Source: a virus
Direction: 5' to 3' (one strand)
IMG/VR virus record: IMGVR_UViG_3300049139_000233
Location: 1-64,000 of that record
DNA length: 64,000 nt
Positions 23,960-33,688 of the stretch are shown here, piece by piece. How positions within the stretch are numbered: the first letter of the stretch is position 1; every line of letters starts with the position of its first letter. Below the pieces are notes generated by a model. That model saw only the letters and a program-made list of their open reading frames with translations, searched no databases and was not told where the DNA came from. The position numbers were made by a program, and so were the translations under genes.

Positions 23960-24651
23960 GACAGGGTCAGCGGGTTGACCTGCGGGTCGGGCGGCGGCGT
24001 CGTGGTGATGTTCCACAGCCAGTGCTCGCCCTCCTGCGCCGTCTCCCCGGCCGGCAGCCACGACGTGGAGCCGGGGCCGCTGCCCCAGCCGACGGTCGGC
24101 GCCGTGGACACGGCCTGCGTCTCGGACTGCACCTGGAGCGTGGACCGGCCGTTCTCCACGGTGTACGTGCCGATGCGGGACGCGCCGACGTTGGGCCACG
24201 CGTTGTAGATGTACCGCTGCGCGCCCGACGGATCGCACGCCCCGGACCCCGCCACCCGCTGCCACACCTCCAGCGAGTACCGGTTGGACGGCGAGCCCTC
24301 CGCGAAGGCGAAGCCGGTGCCGGTCACGCCGGCGCCGTTGACGGTCAGCTCACGCGCGCTCGCGAGGTACGCCACACCGGTGGTGTTGATCTCACAGAAG
24401 TCGATGGTGAGCTGCATGCGCTTCAGGACGGGGTCGTCCTTCTGGTTGACGCACGGCGTGCCGTCGGCGGTCCTTTCGAAAAATTCTTCGCCGTCCTCGT
24501 ACTGCGGTTCCATCTGCACCTGCACGAACCCCTTGGTCACCACGACCAGGGAGCCGGTGCCGGTGACCGGGTTGCCGCAGGCGTCCACGCGGACGATCCG
24601 GGCGTGCGTGCCCTTGATCGCGGTGGCGGCCGAAGCCACGGTTGCTACCAC
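23956..24651 (-). CDS. structural protein, possible major tail/tube protein (low certainty)
   Basis: Track ORF of 231 aa. The beta-rich pattern (VRVDACGNPV.., QLTIDFCEI) reminds me of tail tube proteins. Confidence 0.4.
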   Translation of the reverse strand: MVATVASAATAIKGTHARIVRVDACGNPVTGTGSLVVVTKGFVQVQMEPQYEDGEEFFERTADGTPCVNQKDDPVLKRMQLTIDFCEINTTGVAYLASARELTVNGAGVTGTGFAFAEGSPSNRYSLEVWQRVAGSGACDPSGAQRYIYNAWPNVGASRIGTYTVENGRSTLQVQSETQAVSTAPTVGWGSGPGSTSWLPAGETAQEGEHWLWNITTTPPPDPQVNPLTLS

Positions 24652-24661
24652 TGTTCACCCC

Positions 24662-25552
24662 TTACGCGGGTACGCCGAGAGTCATGAGCGCGGCCAGGTG
24701 TACGCACTCCCAGCCGAACAGGTACGTCCGGCTGGCCTGCTTGCGGACGGTGTTGGTGGCCCGGTCGAACGTGCCCGGGAAGTCCCGGACGGCCACGTCG
24801 GAGCGGTAGCCGAACAGGGCTCCGGTGGCGTAGAGCCACACCGACCCCGACGGTGGGACCGCACCGTCGGGGCCTGTCCCGGAGTAGCCGGCCGCCGCGA
24901 CGATCCGGTGTCCTCCGGGCGTGCGCAGCGAACCGTCCTCGTCGTCCTTGCGGACGAGGTTGCGTGCCTTCAGCGTGGCCAGGCCCGCCACCGGCACGTG
25001 GACCACACCCAGCCCGCCGTACTGCTCCGCGAGTGCCGCGTCCAGCCGGCCGATGACCACGGCCGCGTCGTCGGTGGCGGTCACCACGGTGTCGGCAGCC
25101 GTCTGGAGCCGGATGCCCTGCGGGTCGTCCAGCACAGTGTCGGCGGCCAGGTGCGGCCACACGGTCGCCTGCCCGCCGGCCTGCCCGGTCCAGAACGCGC
25201 GGGACACCTGGAACGCCTCGCTGCGCTCCAGGGCCTCGGCCGCCTGGTCCACGTCCGGCAGGCCGATGAGCGAGCAGTCGAACGCGGCGTAGACCGTGAA
25301 CGCCGTGGCGCCCCGGTCCTCCCCGCCTGCGGTCGGTTCGATCGGCTGGGCGGGCGGCGCCTCGCCGCCGGTGCCCGTGACGGCGATGCACTCGTCCGCG
25401 TACGTCGTCGCGGCGCCGCCGCACCAGTCCGTCCAGGTGACGCCCTGCTGCCAGTGCGGGCCCGTCGGGCCCGGGTGCTGCGCCGCGTCCCAGAGGGCGT
25501 TGGGGAGCGCGACGAAGCCCGGCCCGTCGACTATGCCCCGGATACCGGCCAC
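24662..25552 (-). CDS. virion structural protein next to the capsid gene (296 aa)
   Basis: Track ORF. Function not resolved by eye. Confidence 0.75.
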   Translation of the reverse strand: MAGIRGIVDGPGFVALPNALWDAAQHPGPTGPHWQQGVTWTDWCGGAATTYADECIAVTGTGGEAPPAQPIEPTAGGEDRGATAFTVYAAFDCSLIGLPDVDQAAEALERSEAFQVSRAFWTGQAGGQATVWPHLAADTVLDDPQGIRLQTAADTVVTATDDAAVVIGRLDAALAEQYGGLGVVHVPVAGLATLKARNLVRKDDEDGSLRTPGGHRIVAAAGYSGTGPDGAVPPSGSVWLYATGALFGYRSDVAVRDFPGTFDRATNTVRKQASRTYLFGWECVHLAALMTLGVPA

Positions 25553-25593
25553 GTCACGCTCCCCTCACTTCCTGCTCACTCACCGGCTGCTGG

Positions 25594-27381
25594 TCAGATC
25601 TGCGCGGCTGCCGCGATACCGGCCGTGCCGGCTCCGTTCACCTGGAAGGACGCCCGGTACAGGCGGGACTCGTGGCCGACCCTGGCGACCAGGTGCGCCT
25701 CCTCCGCCCACAGGGCGGTGAAGTCGTTCTCCGCGTTCAGCACGCTGTCGCGGATCACGCCGAGGTCGAGCTGGAGGCCGTTGCCGTGCAGGAACGTGCC
25801 CGCCGCGTAGAGCATGAAGTCCACGCTGGTGGGCCAGGCCGTCATGTTCGCGCCGGTGCGGCCGAACTGGCTGGTGCCGCGCACCTGCCAGTCGGACACG
25901 AACTGCGGACGCACGGCCCGGTCGGTGAACCAGGCGGTGATCTGCGCGTCCGACACCGACTCGCGCTCCACCCCCGTCCGCCAGGCCAGGTCGGCCCGGA
26001 TGACGGAGAGGACCCAGCGCGGCAGGACGACCTCCAGCACCGCGTCCTCACGCATGGCGAACTTGGCGCGGTAGTCGATCGCGGCCAGCTCCACGCCGTT
26101 GAGCAGCGTCTGCGTGGCCGGGGCAGTCCCGCCGAAGGAGATCGCCGAGGTGGACCGGGCGACCATGAGGGAGATCAGCCGGGCGTTGATGACGTGCGCG
26201 TACGCGGCGCGCAGCAGCCGGATGAAGTTCTGCGTCGCCTCCGGGTACGCGTCGTCGGTGAGGTTGCCGGCGGTCAGGCTGATGCCGTACGCCTCCAGCC
26301 GGTCCTCATCGAACGTCGGGCACGGCACGCGCAGCGTCGGCTTGTTCACCGAGCCGGTCACCGTGGCGATGTCGTCGTCCTCGGTCCACAGCCACGGGTC
26401 CGAGGCGTTGGAGAAGGCGACACCGAAGCCGCCCATGCCCGTCGCCGGGTTGGACCCGCCCGCCTGGAAGAACACGTCACCGATGGCCGGGGACACCGGG
26501 TAGCGGATGCCGCCCCGGGAGACACCGACGGTCGGCAGGTCGATGAGCCCGACCGGTGCTTCCGCGATGTTGAAGAAGTCGTAGCTCGTGTCCGACGGCG
26601 CGCACCAGCCACCGCCGGCGAGCAGCGCGTCCGCCTTGCTGCCCTCCTGCGTCATGGAGTGCCACAGCTCCTCCACGGTGGACGCGCTGGTGCGGTCGTC
26701 CACGGTGTGCTCGAACTGGTTGCGCACCGACGCGACCAGGTGGCGCGGCGCCCCGCGCTCGCCGTACTGCGTGGTGGGGACGGCCTTGGCCTTCGCGCGG
26801 AACGCCTCGGACAGGGCCTCCAGGGTCGGCAGCGACTGACCGGCCCCGACGCCGGGGATGTCCACGGACGCGGTGACCGCCATCGTCTGCGCGCTCGGCG
26901 CCTTCGGCTGCGGTGCGCGCTCGCGCACCTGCGACAGGGAGGCAACGCGCTTGCGGACGGCGTCGGTGCCCTGGTCGCCGAACAGGATGCTGGCCACGCC
27001 CTTGGCGGTGGCCTCGGTCAGCGCGGCGAGGTCGACACGGCCGCCGGCGGTGACGGAGGCGGCGCCCTCGCCCCCGTCACCACCTTCGCCGCCCTCGCCA
27101 CCGTGGACGGACTGACGCAGGAGAGCCATCTGACGGGCCCTCTCCTGCTGGGCTATGGTCGCCTGCTCGGTCGCGCGGACCTCGCGCACGCGCAGCTCGG
27201 CGCGGATGCGGTCCAGGTCGCCCGTCAGGCGCTGGGAGTAGGCGATGTGTTCGGGCGAGAGGCTGTCGAGTCCGGCGATGCGGTCGAACTCCGCCACCGC
27301 CTGTGTCTCCAGCTCCCGCAGATCGGCCTCGCCCACCAGGGAGAGGTCGTCAGGTGCGGTGAAAAGCTCCGGCTCCGGCAC
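25594..27381 (-). CDS. major capsid protein with an N-terminal scaffold-like (delta) coiled-coil domain
   Basis: GGWCAPSDTSYDF and KPTLRVPCPTF capsid-type motifs. ~200-aa coiled-coil and GGEGGEGGDGGEG N-terminal region. GTG at 27381 lies 5 nt after GGAGG. Confidence 0.8.
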   Translation of the reverse strand: MPEPELFTAPDDLSLVGEADLRELETQAVAEFDRIAGLDSLSPEHIAYSQRLTGDLDRIRAELRVREVRATEQATIAQQERARQMALLRQSVHGGEGGEGGDGGEGAASVTAGGRVDLAALTEATAKGVASILFGDQGTDAVRKRVASLSQVRERAPQPKAPSAQTMAVTASVDIPGVGAGQSLPTLEALSEAFRAKAKAVPTTQYGERGAPRHLVASVRNQFEHTVDDRTSASTVEELWHSMTQEGSKADALLAGGGWCAPSDTSYDFFNIAEAPVGLIDLPTVGVSRGGIRYPVSPAIGDVFFQAGGSNPATGMGGFGVAFSNASDPWLWTEDDDIATVTGSVNKPTLRVPCPTFDEDRLEAYGISLTAGNLTDDAYPEATQNFIRLLRAAYAHVINARLISLMVARSTSAISFGGTAPATQTLLNGVELAAIDYRAKFAMREDAVLEVVLPRWVLSVIRADLAWRTGVERESVSDAQITAWFTDRAVRPQFVSDWQVRGTSQFGRTGANMTAWPTSVDFMLYAAGTFLHGNGLQLDLGVIRDSVLNAENDFTALWAEEAHLVARVGHESRLYRASFQVNGAGTAGIAAAAQI

Positions 27382-27557
27382 TGAAACCTCCGTGGGAGTG
27401 GCCGAGATCAAGTCGGCGCGCACCGTACATACAAACGGCCGAATCGCCAAAAGCCACACAGGCTCTGACGATCCGGCCGTCTGCGCTGGTCAGCCGCCGA
27501 TCGGCGCCGGCGGGGGCGGCGGGGGCGGGGCGGGCTTGCTGCAACCGCACATGTGGA

Positions 27558-30503
27558 TCACTCCTCTCCGTGTACCTGGCGGGACAGGGACTTGAGGACG
27601 CGGCGGTACGCCCACTGGTCCAGCTCGGCCTCGGTCAGGCCGTCGTGGAGCTGGGGGATACCCGCCGCGACGAGGGCGAGCTGCTGGCTGGAGGCCAGGT
27701 GGGTGCGCAGCTTGGGCACCGGGAAGCCCGGCACGTTCACCGCGAGCAGGCCCACCAGCCGCAGCGATCCGCCGATGCGCCGCCAGTCGCCGGACACCTG
27801 CCCGGCCGCGCGCAGTTCGCGGATGCGGGACTCCGAGGTGCCGGGACGGATGGACCCCGCGACCCAGATGCCGTGCGCGTCGTTGCCGACGGCGACGTCT
27901 GCCACGGCCGCACCCGTGTTGTCGTAGTGGTCGGCGGCGGCCCGGTAGCCGTAGGTCAGCGGCGCGTGCCCGGTGCCCACGGTGATCTGGCCGACCTGGA
28001 CGGAGTCACCGTCCTCGGTCCACACGTTGCCGGTCATGAAGTACGGGTGCGCCTCCTCGTGCGGCGGCGTCACGCATACACCCGCCTGCCCGATGTGGCA
28101 GGTCCCCCACAGTGCGGCGTGCCCGTAGACCCGGCCCTCGGGCGTGACGGTGATGCCGGTCGGGACGGACAGGGCCGGGTTGGTGAACCACGCCGCCGGC
28201 GGGCGCACGGGCGCCTCTACCGTCATGGCCCGCACACGCGGGGCTCGCGTCTCGCGCACCGCGCCGATCGGCTCACCGCCGGCGACAACCGCACCGGTGT
28301 CCGCGTCCAGCAGGGCGATGTACGCCTCGGCGAACGCCGGAATGTCCACGAGCGTCGCCGCGCGGATGCGGCCCTTGTTGAAGACGACCTTCTCCGGGGA
28401 CGCGAACAGCATGTCGAACGGGTCCGGGCCCTCGCCGTCGGCGTCCGGGTCGGCGGGCCACACCAGCTCCATGTCGGCGTCCTTGATGGAGTCGACGTCC
28501 ACGGACACACCGCGCAGGAACTGCCCCTTGATCTTCCCGTGCACGGTGCGGCCATCCTCGGTCGACAGGTCCAGCACACCTTCGCCCATGATCAGGCCGC
28601 CGTCCTCGCGCCAGATCTTGTCGATCCGGCCCACGTTGACGGCGATGGTGCGGGGCTCGCCGCCGTGGCTGTCCTCCTTGTTCCAGCGCAGCGGCAGCGG
28701 CAGGTCTGCCCACGTCAGGGCCTCGGGCTTGAACTCGCGGCCGTCGCCGGTCTCGATGCCCTCCACGGTGAGCGGGCCGCGCCACGGCGCGGTCTCGCCG
28801 TCGGCGCCGATCTCCGCAGCCGGCCGCCCCTCCACCTCCAGAGCATCGGCCGCCGCACCGTGGGCCAGGGTCTCGGCCTGTCCGGCCGCCTTGGCCTCAC
28901 CCGTCTTGACGCATTCGCCGTCGGGGCCCGGTTCCATGCCGGGAGGGCACTGCGCCCCCTCGTCCTGGTTCTCCTTCAGCCGCTTGTCCGCCGGCGTGCC
29001 GGGGTTCGGCTCGCCCTTGGCCAGGGCTTCGGTCGCTTCGGTCGTCATGACCTGCTCTCCTTCCGCCGCGTCCAGTGCGGCCGGTTCGGTGTCGGCACTC
29101 GCCGTGGTCGCCGTGCTCCTGACCTCCTGCCAGACGGCGACGATGAAGCCCCGGCACGCGTTGCCGTAGCGGGCCCCGGTGCAGTCCCGGTAGCCCATGA
29201 CCGGGTACTCGGCCACGGCGGCGTCCAGGGTCGTGAATGTGCGGCCGTCGATCGCCTTGCAGGGGCCGCACGTCCGGCTGTCCAGGATCTCGGAGGCGAC
29301 GTAGCTGGACGCGGGCGGAGCGGCCGTCATCACCGCGTGCCGCCCCGCGTTCTGCGCGGCCGTCATCGCCTGGCCGACGGACGCGCGCACCGTGGTGTCG
29401 TCCACCGTGGACAGCTCGCGGTCCACTTCGGCGGCCACCTGCTCCGACGGGGCGGACGTGCGCAGCAGCCCGGACAACTTCCGCTTGGCGGCCGTCAGCA
29501 GCGCGCCGGACATCAGGTCGCTGGCCAGCTCGGCGACGGAGACCAGCAGGCGCCGGCCGGTGAGCGCCGCCGTGACCGCGTCCTCGTCGCCGTCGGGCAG
29601 CGACCAGTCCGGCACACGCACGCCCTGCGCCTCGGCCTCGCGCTGGCAGGCCCGGCCCGCCTTGACCGCGAACTCCTCCATCAGGCTGACCAAGGTGGCG
29701 GTCGCCGCCTGCCGGTCCAGGGACAGCTCCAGCAACGCGTCCAGGTCGTCGTCGGCCAGGTCCCGAGTGATCTGCTGCCGCAGGTCCAGGCGCCACGCGG
29801 CCGTGACGGACCGCAGCGCGCGCAGGGCCCCGGCCGTCGCCGCCTCCCACTCCGCGTGCACCCCGGCGAAGTCGGCGCGGCTGGCCTCCTCCAGCTCGGT
29901 CGGCTCGCGGCGCAGCGGCCCGGCGGCGGCCGTGACCGGGTCGCCGGTCAGCGGGATGTCGTGGTCCTCGTCGCCGAAGGAGACGCGGATCCGGTCGAAC
30001 GTCACCGGGCCCAGTCGCTGCTCCAGCTCGGGCAGGAACGCGGGGTCGTCGCTGTAGGCGGCGCAGACGTGGGCGACCCAGGGGGTGTGCTGCTCGGGGA
30101 CGTTCGCGGCCGTGGCCCACACAGCTTCCTCGGCCATCTCGTGCGCGGCGCTCAGCGACACCCCGTCAGGGAGATTCCCGACGGACCACACCCAGGACGG
30201 CTCGTCGCCGTCACCGTTCCAATGCGCAGCGCCGAACACCTTGGCCGTGATGGGTGGCAGATCCCGGGACAGCATCCGCATCTCCTCCACCAGGGCCGTG
30301 CGCGCGTCGGCGTCGTGTGCGTCCGTTTTGCCCAAGTAGTAGAGCGTGCAGTGCAGTTCCTCGGCCGGCTCGCCGCCGGGTATCGCCAGACGCTCGGCGT
30401 CCTCGGGCGTCGGCATGAGGGCGATCATGCAGCCCTGCGTGTGCGAGCCGTCGGCGGCGGCCGTCAGCGTCGGCGGGTGCGGGTGGTCACTGTGCGGGGG
30501 CAC
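27558..30503 (-). CDS. fusion protein: 2H phosphoesterase (LigT-like) + MuF-like head morphogenesis domain + prohead protease (alternative start 30428)
   Basis: MIALMP..LHCTLYYLG..WVAHVCAAY (2H). SRTCGPCKAIDGRTF..CRGFIVAVW (MuF C-terminus). LPLRWNKEDSHGG..GVSVDVD..ATLVDIPAFAEA (S78-like). Sits between portal and capsid. Confidence 0.8.
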   Translation of the reverse strand: MPPHSDHPHPPTLTAAADGSHTQGCMIALMPTPEDAERLAIPGGEPAEELHCTLYYLGKTDAHDADARTALVEEMRMLSRDLPPITAKVFGAAHWNGDGDEPSWVWSVGNLPDGVSLSAAHEMAEEAVWATAANVPEQHTPWVAHVCAAYSDDPAFLPELEQRLGPVTFDRIRVSFGDEDHDIPLTGDPVTAAAGPLRREPTELEEASRADFAGVHAEWEAATAGALRALRSVTAAWRLDLRQQITRDLADDDLDALLELSLDRQAATATLVSLMEEFAVKAGRACQREAEAQGVRVPDWSLPDGDEDAVTAALTGRRLLVSVAELASDLMSGALLTAAKRKLSGLLRTSAPSEQVAAEVDRELSTVDDTTVRASVGQAMTAAQNAGRHAVMTAAPPASSYVASEILDSRTCGPCKAIDGRTFTTLDAAVAEYPVMGYRDCTGARYGNACRGFIVAVWQEVRSTATTASADTEPAALDAAEGEQVMTTEATEALAKGEPNPGTPADKRLKENQDEGAQCPPGMEPGPDGECVKTGEAKAAGQAETLAHGAAADALEVEGRPAAEIGADGETAPWRGPLTVEGIETGDGREFKPEALTWADLPLPLRWNKEDSHGGEPRTIAVNVGRIDKIWREDGGLIMGEGVLDLSTEDGRTVHGKIKGQFLRGVSVDVDSIKDADMELVWPADPDADGEGPDPFDMLFASPEKVVFNKGRIRAATLVDIPAFAEAYIALLDADTGAVVAGGEPIGAVRETRAPRVRAMTVEAPVRPPAAWFTNPALSVPTGITVTPEGRVYGHAALWGTCHIGQAGVCVTPPHEEAHPYFMTGNVWTEDGDSVQVGQITVGTGHAPLTYGYRAAADHYDNTGAAVADVAVGNDAHGIWVAGSIRPGTSESRIRELRAAGQVSGDWRRIGGSLRLVGLLAVNVPGFPVPKLRTHLASSQQLALVAAGIPQLHDGLTEAELDQWAYRRVLKSLSRQVHGEE

Positions 30504-32328
30504 GGCCGGTCACCGCCCTCGGCCGCAGAGACGTGGAGATCATGGCGGTGGTGTCGGCGTAGGGGCTGCGGCCGTCGATGACCAGCCGGCCGAAGGCGTC
30601 CAGGTGGCACAGGTACGTGCCGCTGCTGCCCGGCCGGACCGACGGCGCCGCCGTGGCGACCGCGTGCGTGAACGGGCACGAGTACTCGTGCTCACCGCAG
30701 ATGCCCGGGTGGAGCAGGTCCCACCGGCCGGCCGCGCCGACGCGCAGCATGTGCTGCGTGCGGGCCTGCTGCACGAGACGCTGAGCCCGCTCGGCCGTCG
30801 CCTGCTGCGCCGGCGGGCCCGTCTCGTCCTGCGTCGGCGGCGGTTCGTCGCCCCGGGCCGGCCGCGCCGGTGCGGCCTCCTCGGACGACTGCTCGCCTCC
30901 GGGCGGCGGAGTGTTGCCCTGCTGCACGGCCTCGGCGGTGCCAGGGTCCTGCGGGGAGACGGGGACGATCTGCGGGACGTCCTCGCCGATGAGCTGTGCG
31001 AGGGCGGACGCGGCGCCCGACGGCAGGGTGTGGATGATGACCTTGAGAGCCTGCTCTTTCAGGTCGTCGTCCGTCGGCTTGTCCGCCTCGCTGAACCCCA
31101 GCTCCCGGCGGTACGCCTCGCCGGATATCTCCAGCCGGTCGTACGCCAGCGTCGCGTTGCCGCTCCGGTCCGGCCGCAGGGCCAGCTCGGACATGTCGTA
31201 CCAGACGACCCAGGCGGAGGGGTCCTCGCCGGACGCGTCCAGCCGGGGCTGGAGGTAGCCGCGTGTGAGGGCGTCGCAGATCAGCTCGACGGTGGGCGCG
31301 ATGTGCGTCTTCAGCGCGCCCTCTTCCAACTGCCAGGCAGACCAGTGGTTGACGTCGCCCATGCCCAGCAGCACTTCGGCGGGCATGTCCAACTTGGTGG
31401 CCAGACGCTTGATCGCGCTGTCGCGCTTCTCGATGATCTTCTCATCGATCTTCAGGGTGAAGTCGACGTGCTTGACCTTGTCCAGCGCATCGGCCGGGCC
31501 GACCAGCGGAATCGGCACGACGGCGGACGCGGTGCCCGGGTTCTGGATCGCGGTGGCCGCCACCTCGATCCACTCCGCCATCAGCGGGTTGGGCTCGTCG
31601 GCGAACTCGTCGCGGACCGGGAACGACAGCTCATCGGGGAGCAGCACCAGGCCCGCCGACGCGAGCCGTGACAGGTACTCGGACGTGATCTTCCGGTTGA
31701 CCAGCTCCAGCTCCCGCATGATCTCCCGGGCGCTGCGGGCCGGGGAGTCTGCCATGTGGTAGAAGCGGTCGTGCGGTCGCCAGATACGCACCACGTGGTG
31801 GTCGTCGGCCAGCTCCCGCCAGTCCTGGCCGGTGGTGACGCTGTCCTCGTCCATCACCTGGTACCGGCCGGACTGGACGCGGATCTCGTCCACGGAGCGA
31901 ACCTGCCAGCGCTCCGTTTTCCCCACGGTCTCGCCGACCAGGTAGCCCTCACCGGGCAGGGAGAGCTGAACGGCGATGCGTTTCATGAGCTGCGCCTGGC
32001 CGGCGACGCCGCCGCCAAGGCGCATCATCAGCTCGGCGGCCGTTCCGGTCGACACGATCTCGGGCTCGTCAGAGTCCGGGGTGATGCGTCCGGCGCGCAG
32101 GCGCACCCGGCTGAGCATGTTGCTGAACCACCACACACCGTAGTTGAACTCGCCCAGGGTCTCGTGGAACTGCCAGACCTCGTCCTGCCACTTCTCGGTG
32201 CGCCGCAGGAACTTGGTTTCGGGGCCGCGCGGCTCAGATGCAGCAGCGGTCAGGGCCTCGGGCTCGACGGCGGGCAGGGGCGCGGGCGCGTGGACACCTC
32301 GCCCCCGGAAAACGTCGTACCACGGCAC
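30487..32328 (-). CDS. portal protein
   Basis: 613 aa, directly upstream of the MuF/protease and capsid genes. WQDEVWQFHETLGEFNYGVWWFSNMLSRVRL is portal-like. Confidence 0.85.
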   Translation of the reverse strand: MPWYDVFRGRGVHAPAPLPAVEPEALTAAASEPRGPETKFLRRTEKWQDEVWQFHETLGEFNYGVWWFSNMLSRVRLRAGRITPDSDEPEIVSTGTAAELMMRLGGGVAGQAQLMKRIAVQLSLPGEGYLVGETVGKTERWQVRSVDEIRVQSGRYQVMDEDSVTTGQDWRELADDHHVVRIWRPHDRFYHMADSPARSAREIMRELELVNRKITSEYLSRLASAGLVLLPDELSFPVRDEFADEPNPLMAEWIEVAATAIQNPGTASAVVPIPLVGPADALDKVKHVDFTLKIDEKIIEKRDSAIKRLATKLDMPAEVLLGMGDVNHWSAWQLEEGALKTHIAPTVELICDALTRGYLQPRLDASGEDPSAWVVWYDMSELALRPDRSGNATLAYDRLEISGEAYRRELGFSEADKPTDDDLKEQALKVIIHTLPSGAASALAQLIGEDVPQIVPVSPQDPGTAEAVQQGNTPPPGGEQSSEEAAPARPARGDEPPPTQDETGPPAQQATAERAQRLVQQARTQHMLRVGAAGRWDLLHPGICGEHEYSCPFTHAVATAAPSVRPGSSGTYLCHLDAFGRLVIDGRSPYADTTAMISTSLRPRAVTGRAPAQ

Positions 32329-32388
32329 GGCATACCTCCCCGGGTCGGATCGTGGGGCATGGTAGCCGCGATCATCCGAATAGCCGTT

Positions 32389-33120
32389 TTACGGACGCCC
32401 TGGGCGGTACTGCTTGCCCGGCCCCCGCCGGCGGTTGTCGCGCTGCTCCTGCAACTCTCCGAAGGTCGCCCTGCCTTGGAGCCGGCGCAGGTGGCGGATG
32501 TTGTTCGCCGGGATGCCGACCCTCGGCGGGCCGTAGACGGCCAACAGGTCGGACTCCTCCTGCGAGGCGTAACCGGCCGCAGCGATGGCGTCCTCATCGG
32601 GGAAGACGTCTGCGTGCCGGTCCTGATCGCGGTCGATGAGGTGGTCCTGCGTGCCGCCCAGGGAGTAGCACCACCTGAAGTTCCCTGGCGGGTCCGGTTC
32701 CACGCGCTCACGGAACAGGGCCACTTCCTTGGTGTACGCGTAGAAGGCGGTCGCGGGGGTGGCGCGGATGATCCGCAGCCAGGCGTCCAGGTACTCCGGG
32801 CTCAGGAAGTCGCCGCTGTCGTGGATGCGGACGTGGCGGTCCCGGTAGCGCGGGTGGGTCAGCTCCTCCGCCATCCGCCGTTCCCAGCCGGGCAGGTCAT
32901 CGAGGATCATCGCGAGGTTGCTTTCGTGCGCGGCGAGGACGTTCGGGAAGCGGTAGGTCCCTGACCTGGCGTAACAGAGTTTCGCGCAGGAGCCTGCCGA
33001 CGGGCAGGTGTTGTACGTCCGGCCGTCGGGGAGCCGGCCGGCCCACGCCGGCAGACTCCAGTTGAAGATGCCTTCGCGGCGCAGCTCGCTGTTCTGGCGC
33101 AGCAACCAGTCCCGGGACAC
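32389..33120 (-). CDS. GP88-like Cys-rich protein (TCPSAGSCAKLCYA motif); track start 33219
   Basis: GTG at 33120 is preceded by gcaggaggcagc. The motif resembles the GP88 / DUF5131-type CYA box. Function unknown. Confidence 0.7.
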   Translation of the reverse strand: MSRDWLLRQNSELRREGIFNWSLPAWAGRLPDGRTYNTCPSAGSCAKLCYARSGTYRFPNVLAAHESNLAMILDDLPGWERRMAEELTHPRYRDRHVRIHDSGDFLSPEYLDAWLRIIRATPATAFYAYTKEVALFRERVEPDPPGNFRWCYSLGGTQDHLIDRDQDRHADVFPDEDAIAAAGYASQEESDLLAVYGPPRVGIPANNIRHLRRLQGRATFGELQEQRDNRRRGPGKQYRPGRP

Positions 33121-33268
33121 GCTGCCTCCTGCTGCCGTTCGCACGGGAGTCCCGCCGACCACCACAGCGACGGGACTCCCGCACCCCTGTGCACCCAGAC
33201 CCGAGGAAGTCGGGGTCAACGGGCGGCACCATACGCGTGACGGGCGATATCACCTACTCGCACAGGAA

Positions 33269-33295
33269 AGCCCCGGGACTGGATGTCCCGGGGCT
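33269..33295 (-). terminator. hairpin agccccggga / tcccggggct (copy 1 of a duplicated ~49-nt terminator block)
   Basis: Directly after the stop at 33311. A near-identical block occurs at 33647. Confidence 0.6.
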
Positions 33296-33310
33296 CACGA
33301 GGCGCGGTGG

Positions 33311-33547
33311 TCAGGCGCGGGCGAGGGCGTCCATCGCTTCCTGCTCGTTGGTCCACAGCCCGTCCGCGTCGGCGGGGTTGGTGACCAGCGCGTTGCGGAT
33401 GTCGCGTGCGACGAAGAAGCCCGGGGTCTTCATCGGGAGGACGGCGCCCTTGTATTCCGTGCCGGCGTAAACGGCCTTGGCGAACGGGGTGATGGAGACG
33501 CGGTAAGCGGGGGTGGTGTCCGTGGCGGTGACGAAGCGAGTGTTCAT
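33311..33547 (-). CDS. hypothetical protein (78 aa)
   Basis: Internal ATG of track ORF 33311..33676, preceded by gaccaaggaatgaggaaccgacc. Confidence 0.8.
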   Translation of the reverse strand: MNTRFVTATDTTPAYRVSITPFAKAVYAGTEYKGAVLPMKTPGFFVARDIRNALVTNPADADGLWTNEQEAMDALARA

Positions 33548-33594
33548 GGTCGGTTCCTCATTCCTTGGTCTGTCGGTCCGGTAACCCCGCCCCG

Positions 33595-33612
33595 ATGACT
33601 TAATTAAACCAT
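33595..33612 (-). promoter_or_regulatory. AT-rich palindrome, copy 6
   Basis: Sequence atgacttaattaaaccat, 48 nt upstream of the start at 33547. Confidence 0.55.
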
Positions 33613-33646
33613 AGTTCTCGTACCTGGACAACCCCGGACACAACGA

Positions 33647-33673
33647 AGCCCCGGGACTGGATGTCCCGGGGCT
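33647..33673 (-). terminator. hairpin, copy 2 of the duplicated terminator block
   Basis: Same 31 nt as 33269..33299. Follows the ATP-grasp stop at 33689. Confidence 0.6.
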
Positions 33674-33688
33674 CACGCGGCGCGGCGG

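Noticed and set aside
25666-25676. Isolated ggtacaggcgg matches (here and near 14377) as extra iteron copies
   Set aside because: Each is a single hexamer inside a coding region, without the paired or inverted architecture. This is compatible with chance.
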